NCBI RefSeq assembly: GCF_006345805.1
Contig: NC_043000.1
Coordinates: forward strand, 160,146,001 to 160,210,000
DNA: 64,000 nucleotides
Source: Octopus sinensis
Lineage: Eukaryota
Direction: 5' to 3'
Shown: positions 57,252-64,000 of the stretch, one piece after another
Numbering within the stretch: the first letter of the stretch is position 1
Layout of the letters: each line of letters opens with the position of its first letter
Position numbers and translations under genes: made by a program
The notes under the pieces: generated by a model
The model's input: the letters and a program-made list of their open reading frames with translations, nothing else
Told to the model about the DNA's origin: nothing
The model's database searches: none

Positions 57252-57344
57252 AATTGAAATTTACGAAGACAGGTGTTTGAATAACAGGCAGGTATATTAG
57301 TTTGACGCCCGGGAAAGTGAAAACGCCTTTTACATTTCGAGCCT
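57252..57344 (-). mobile_element. Related element retaining only the 3' half of the hammerhead
   Basis: GGCUC-GAAAUGUA-AAAGG...cccgggcgtcaaactaatata. Confidence 0.7.
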
Positions 57345-57964
57345 ATAACGTAACATATGTATTAGACTGTATATACAGATCTAGGGCGCCGATAGTTATC
57401 TAAATATGCTGTGGTTTGCTGCCGATAAATAAATACTATAGAGCCCAGTGCACTAGTTTTCTTGGGAATTTATAATATTGCTAAGATGGCCTTGGTCTCC
57501 ATTCGTACTTCCTATTGACATTAGAACTGATTTACATATCTGTCTTTAATCCTTTCGTTTTCAATTTGCCACACACTATGTTTTGTTATAGTCAAAAGAT
57601 AGGAACTCTTCCTTCCCAACGCTATTAATAGAGAGTGGATAATCGAAAGTGGAGAGTCGAAAGCCAGATGTGTTTCGTACACGACAACAATGATTCTATA
57701 TAACTACACAAGTTTGCAAAATTCGACATTTCACGATTACGTGCAGTGCGGTTTGATTGTGCCTGTATCTTGAGCTGTCGCACCTGATCGTACTTACCTA
57801 ATTTGGAGTGTTCCTCGAACCGCCATCTCCCTGCAGAAGCCCTAAATATTTCTGGAAGTTCTTTATTGTGCTCTACCTTGCGCTAAAGTCTTCCTGAATA
57901 GGCTTCTTTGTCGACGTCTAGATTTTACCCGAGAGATCGATTAGTCTTACACAAAGAGTGAAGA

Positions 57965-58000
57965 GTATTATTATTATTATTGTTATTATTATTATTATTA

Positions 58001-58047
<47 letters not shown>

Positions 58048-58250
58048 GTAGTAGTAGTAGTAGTAGTAGTGTAGTAGTAGTAGTGTAATAGCAGTAGTAG
58101 TAGTAGTAGTTGTAGTAGTAGTAGTGGTAGTTTTGGTGGTGGTAGTAGTGGTGGTGGTGGTGGTAATAGTAGAAGTAGTAGTAGTAGTAGTAGTGGTGGT
58201 GGTGGTGGTGGTGGTGGTGATAGTAGTAGTAGTAGTAGTAGTAGTAGTAG
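57965..58250. repeat. Compound (ATT)(AGT)(GGT) microsatellite
   Basis: Direct reading. Confidence 0.95.
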
Positions 58251-59193
58251 AATAGAAGACTATTATCTTGGTGATGGTGTTAGAGGCTGAGGAAGAAGCA
58301 GACTTGTGAAGTCGGGAGAAAAATGAAGGTTAGAAAACCATTGAGGTTTCAATCAGTAGGAAATATAAAATGGGGGCACATTCAAGTGAATGATAATGCA
58401 AAATTTAAGTTTGATATGAAAAATATCTTTAAAGACTTCATGTAAATACGTAAATTTTTTTCAGTGAGAAGAAATCAACGACAATACATATGTATACATT
58501 TTAAAACTATATCTACAGATATTCTCTAGAAATTAGAGTTAGCAGTTGCTTTGTTACAACGTTTCGTACACAAACACATCTATGTAAGCAATGCAAAGAA
58601 ACATAGAAATATAAGTAATGGAGTGTATATGCATAGCTCAGTTGTTTCTCCTTCTTCAGCGCCAGATCCAACCCATTCATCAAACGCATTCCTAAGACAG
58701 TCACCAAATAGAGTGGTGTAACATATTTGGATAAACCAATTTTACATATTAATCACATTTCTGGCGACTTGTAGGAACCTACATATTACTTGTAGTGTCA
58801 TCGTATTTCTTTATACTCCCATGACAGCTACCAACTATATTAAAGGTTTATAAGTCAATGTTATTTCTCACCTGTGTTAGCAGTGCTATTAATTCACTTT
58901 TTAAATGTGTTTCTAAAGATATTCCATGGAAATTTGCGCCAGCTCTGATTTGTTACGACGTTTCTATAGAATATCTCTTGAGATAACATTAAGTAGTGAA
59001 TTAATAGCACTACTAATACAGATGAGGCACACTACAGGCTTAGACGCCCTTAATATACTTGGTAGTAAATTATGGCTGCATAAGAAAGTACGATTTCCTT
59101 ACAAGCAAATCATATATAGGCATAAATTAATGTATGTACAATCGATAAATTTACGTTACCGCTGTTTCCATTTCATAATTGAATATCTGTCTG

Positions 59194-59352
<159 letters not shown>

Positions 59353-59480
59353 GCATACAAATATATACATACATACAATCTAATATAGGAACAAAACCTC
59401 TGTCTCACTGTCTCCCTGTGTATATAAATAATGCATAACATATATGTATATATAAAGAATATGGATTCACATATATATAC

Positions 59481-59575
59481 AGGAAGAATTCACAAAAAAA
59501 ACAAAAGACGAAGACATGTGGTGTAGAAAACAAATATATGTATTAGTATAACGCTCGGGAATTGAAGAAGTCTTT
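59481..59575 (-). mobile_element. Copy of the 50264 family beginning at the predicted cleavage site
   Basis: Reverse complement aaagacttcttcaattcccgagcgttatactaatac...gtcttcgtcttttg aligns to 50355-50448. Confidence 0.8.
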
Positions 59576-59588
59576 ATATATACATATA

Positions 59589-59651
<63 letters not shown>

Positions 59652-60554
59652 ACTATTATCTTGGTGATGGTGTTAGAGGCTGAGGAAGAAGTATGTATGT
59701 ATAAATATATGTATGTATGTATATATATATATATTATATATATATATATAATATATATATATATATATACATACATACATACATATATATCTATATATAC
59801 ACTCACATATGCATGTACGAGTGTGAGTGTGTGAGTACATGTGCGCGCCTGCGTAAGTACGGGTATGAGTTTGTATATCTGTCTGTAAATGTAAAACAAC
59901 AGCATTGTTTGGTGCCTACACCCGAGTTGATCTAGAGTTCACCGGCTGAAAAGGTTATATTTCGCGTGCTCTAATATATTACAACACGTGACACGAAACA
60001 AATAACTGTTCTCCATAGTACTTAGCAGCATTGTAGTTTTGACAAATTCATTGTAGCATAGAATGCTATTTATTCATTAATGCATACATATGTTTTTAAT
60101 ACTTATTTCATGCTCATTATAGATCCAGATTTTCTATTTATGTATCACATTCATTTATTTTCGGAAATTACCAAAGAAATATGGCAGTATAATGAAGCAT
60201 GAGACAATTCGACAGTCGCCTTTTTTATTGTAAAATAGGAAACAATCGCTGACCAAAAATACAAGCACTGTCGCTCCTTATAGAACGAATATATTCTGCT
60301 ATTTTTGATGGCCGGTTGTCGCATGGCGGGCTTAATTAACTGATTGTTTATTATCGTTTACATTGACAATGAAGCATATGATCGAAGTTGTTTCCTATTG
60401 GAGGTCTATTGCCAAATGTGACGAAATGCTGCATTTAATTCACATTTATTAACATAGGGTTACCGCCAGTGGTCTGGATAGGATGTCATTGGTCCTTAAT
60501 TCCCATTTTTGTTTTTCATAATTCACATAATTTCTTAAATTGTTATGAAGACTC

Positions 60555-60909
60555 ATCTCCCTTCAACTGCTGAGACCCCCTTCGGCCATGACTGGTCGTG
60601 GGATTGCACGTAGAAAGTTACCCTCCCAGGTACAAATCCGGGCAAGGTTGTATATGGAAGACCAGCAGTCACCGATGTATACTGGCCTCTCCTCTCCACG
60701 CCACCAGTGTTATCCAAGGGAAAGACAAAGGGGCCGATACAGCTTGGCACCTGTGACGTCGCAACGCATTTCTACAGCTGAGTGAACTGGAGCAACGTGA
60801 AATAAACTGTCTTGCTCAAGAACACAACACGCAGCCCGGCCCGGGATTCGAACTCACAACCTCACGATCGTAAGCTCGACGCTCTAACCAGTGAGCCATG
60901 CACCTTCAC
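60555..60909 (-). mobile_element. tRNA-derived (Arg-like ACG) CORE-type SINE family D
   Basis: ggctcactggttagagcgtcgagcttacgatcgtgaggttgtgagttcgaatccc head; gtgttcttgagcaagacag CORE-like segment. Confidence 0.85.
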
Positions 60910-61310
60910 TAAACAAATTATTATCAGCCATTTTTTGCTTATGTACTCCTCTGAGTACTGTTTTATTCTAGGGTACCCCTATAGCCATTCGACGTGTAAA
61001 AACTAGTTTTGTAGATGCTTCTTCTAAAATGTCTATTTTGCATTTCAGACATTATGTTCTGTAAGTTAAAGTATGTAATACATTAGATAAAGATGCCTAG
61101 TTGTTTCTAGCTACAAATACATCTAAAGCAAAGCGTTTCAGTGACCCTTTATATACCACTGCGGGTCCCCAGTATACTATTTCGTTTGCGTGGACCCGCA
61201 TTGCGCATATGGAGCCTGGTTGAGAACTACTGAACTACACATCTGAAGTTCTATCACAAACACGATTCGAACACATCCTGCGCCTCTGATTTTCCAGGGT
61301 TAATAATTGT

Positions 61311-61694
61311 GGAAGCACTCCGTCGGTTACGACGATGAGGGTTCCAGTTGATCCGAATCAACGGAACAGCCTGCTCGTGAAATTAACGTGTAAGTGGCTG
61401 AGCACTCCACAGATACATGCACCCTTAACGTAGTTCTCGGGGATATTCAGCGTGACACAGAGAGTGACAAGGCCGGCCCCTTGAAATACAGGTACAACGG
61501 AAACAGGAAGTAAGAGTGAGAGAAAGTTGTGGTGAAAGAGTACAGCAGGGATCGCCACTATCCTCTGCCGGAGCCTCGTGGAGCTTTTAGGTGTTTTCGC
61601 TCAATAAATACTCACAACGCCCGGTCTGGGAATCGAAACCGCGATCCTATGACCGCGAGTCCGCTGCCCTAACCACTGGGCCATTGCGCCTCCA
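61311..61694 (-). mobile_element. SINE family C
   Basis: Matches 32941-33316. Confidence 0.93.
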
Positions 61695-62289
61695 CCTGGT
61701 TAATAATTACGAGTCTATAGAAAATGTCACTTTCTTTACATGCATGAGTATCTGTGCGTATATGCAATATATGTATATGTGTGTATATATATCATATATA
61801 TTCATGTGTATATGTGTGCATCCCTGTGTCGGTATATGTAGGAATGTTGTTGTATGCATATAGGTATCTGTATATATCGGTTTCTATGTATGTATATAAA
61901 TATACACTACTGTTATATGCATGAATATTTGGAACTAAGCCCACTAGATCGTATTGGTTTTGACCATTTAAAAAAAAAAATGCTCATGTGTTTAATATAT
62001 CAATAATTATATACATTTTTGTTTATATCATTTTCTGGCACTGCATATTTTTCACATACACATTTGTTCCTATTAACACATTTGTTTTCTTCAGAAATTT
62101 TGCGATATACATTTTATATGTTACATTTATATATTTTGTATTTTGTTAGTCGTTCTTTTGATCAGCTTCTTTTTGACTGTGACTCTCTATTCGGAGTGTG
62201 TTCTTTCTGTTATACTTATGCTATTTGCTGCCACTTGTTCCCTTAACTTATTTGAAGATAGATTGATGTTACATCTCACATGTACACAT

Positions 62290-62490
62290 GTTTAAAGACA
62301 GGGTTGCGGATCCGTGGAACAAGCTGCCAGACGAGATGGTGAAGATGCCGACGACCGCTTTGTTCAAAGTCTCCCTTGACCTCAAGTGGCCTGAACTCTT
62401 TACATGAACACCACCCTGTACTTAACTCCATGTCCCCCTACATGGCCTTGCTATTTGCTTTTGAGCCAAAAATTAACTAACTAACTAACT
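62290..62490 (+). mobile_element. CR1 LINE 3' fragment with (TAAC)n tail
   Basis: RVADPWNKLPDEMVKMPTTALFKVSLDLKW resembles the CR1 ORF2 terminus; ends aactaactaactaact. Confidence 0.75.
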
Positions 62491-62546
62491 TAATATCAGT
62501 CTCTGCGTTGTCTCTCTCTTTGCCTTCCTCTTTTAGTATCCGCATA

Positions 62547-62991
62547 TCGTTATATATAAAAGTGAAGTTGTGTGTCTGTCTCCTACGATTTAGATTCCTA
62601 ACTACTCCCACATTTTGCGGTGCAGTTTAACCAAAACCGGGTATCTTGTAGTCGTGATTCATATCGAGCCCTTCTGGGTATTAGCGCGCGTCTACGATGA
62701 GTCTACCATTTAAAAAATAATTTACCATCATTTTTTTCCATTTTAATGCATTTTTTCGCTATTATAGAAGGGAAGTAACTCTCTAAAATTGTCTACGATG
62801 AGTCAACGATTTATAGAAGGGAAGTAACTCTCTAAAATTGTCTACGATGAGTCAACGATTTAAAAAAAATTTACCATAATTTATTTTCCATTTTTAATGC
62901 ATTGTTTTGCTATTTTTTGGCTATAACTCTCTAAAATGCTTATATAGTTATTTCCCTTACACACCCGAGCAACGCCGGGCGATACTGCTAG
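62547..62991 (+). mobile_element. Non-autonomous Helitron-like element with an internal 49-bp tandem duplication
   Basis: A|TC 5' end; cccgagcaacgccggg subterminal hairpin; CTAG|T 3' end; 62763-62811 is identical to 62812-62860. Confidence 0.78.
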
Positions 62992-63357
62992 TCTAATATA
63001 TTATTCATTTTTTTTCTCTGCTAATCATTTTGCCTTTACTTTAATTTTAATTTTAAAGTCATATTTACAGTCTAGATACTTGAAACATTTTATTTCTGAT
63101 AAGGTTTTCTTTTTCTATGCCTTTTTCATACCCGTTTCTACGAGTTTTCAGTTTTCAACATTTTAGCTTTCTTAAATTTTATTCCACTCATGTTAATGTG
63201 TATATATTTTTCCGTTACAGTCATTCAATTTTATCCAACAAATTCCCATTATTTTAAAAAGTATTTAACCAATGAGATTTAAATGAGTATTTGGTAAGCC
63301 AATGATCATGAATATTTTTAAACACATATTCACTGTTGTATCATTCTGAATACTCAC

Positions 63358-63405
63358 GATTCTCTGACGAGCGGTTACGTGAAACTCTAATAAAAGTTTG
63401 AGATA
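63358..63405 (+). ncRNA. Type I hammerhead candidate with AAUAAA in the stem III loop
   Basis: CUGACGA-GCG-guua-CGU-GAAACU-cuaauaaa-AGUU^; stem I has one U.U mismatch. Confidence 0.55.
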
Positions 63406-63544
63406 TTCTTCAGCTTCCATAAAAGAGTATTTTATTCAAATTTTGGCTTCCGTGTACTATTTTGTTCACCTTGCTTTGCCCCGGGGTGCACACTTCACTT
63501 TCTCTCCCCCGCCCACCCTCTCTCCCTCTATCCCTATCTATCGC

Positions 63545-63639
<95 letters not shown>

Positions 63640-63699
63640 GTCTATCTATCTACCTATCTATTGTTGAGTCACCTCCATGATGATTCCTAGTTTCTCAAT

Positions 63700-64000
63700 T
63701 TGTTAGGAGTGTCCCATATCTAGTTAGCAACTTCCTTTGTATTTCTGTCTAAGCTATTTAGTTCGTCTACTGTCAATGCGATTACCCCTGCTCCATATCT
63801 AAAGAGTGAAACCTCCCAGGTGTTGATAGCTTCTATCTTATTCCGTCCGTTTAATTTCGACTTTAGGATCAGTCTCAGTCTGCGCATGTACTCTAACTTA
63901 AATTTTTTTGTCGTTTCTTTCTCCATCAATTTATCCATTTCCAAAATCCCCAAGTACTTATAGCCCGTCTCTACTATATGCTTCATAACGTCCCCCGACG
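63700..64000 (-). pseudogene. R4/Dong-clade LINE reverse transcriptase fragment (runs off the window end)
   Basis: YKYLGI...KSKLNGRNKIEAINTW...RYGAG...ELNSLDR. Confidence 0.72.

Noticed and set aside
58660-58721. Possible terminal exon PDPTHSSNAFLRQSPNRVV*
   Set aside because: Supported only by an acceptor-like site.
61140-61232. hAT-like terminus cctggttgagaactactg with a gcgggtcc/ggacccgc hairpin
   Set aside because: Only one end is visible; no matching TIR or 8-bp TSD found.

Overview
AT-rich, microsatellite-saturated animal DNA. The SINE set and repeat landscape suggest an octopus genome (inference). No host protein-coding gene could be recognised; almost all long ORFs outside transposons are microsatellite translations. 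The window holds: (i) three families of CR1-group (CR1/L2-like) LINEs, one with an uninterrupted endonuclease+RT frame (34994-38079); (ii) fragments of RTE, R4/Dong and CR1 LINEs; (iii) a decayed Tc1, a mariner fragment, a TA-flanked MITE and a non-autonomous Helitron; (iv) four tRNA-derived SINE families, called A-D here; (v) three foldback elements. Most notable: (1) at least eight type-I hammerhead-ribozyme-like motifs in short, ORF-less, (TA)n-abutting elements resembling Penelope terminal repeats/retrozymes, including one copy whose 5' end falls at the predicted cleavage site; (2) a 3'-terminal TGGCC-hairpin-AAAC signature shared by three divergent LINE families, with SINE B carrying the tail of one of them, which points to a LINE/SINE pair; (3) repeated insertions into the internal (TA)n tract of SINE B. 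All structures were read by eye. No folding, alignment or database search was run, so novelty is unverified and boundaries are approximate.
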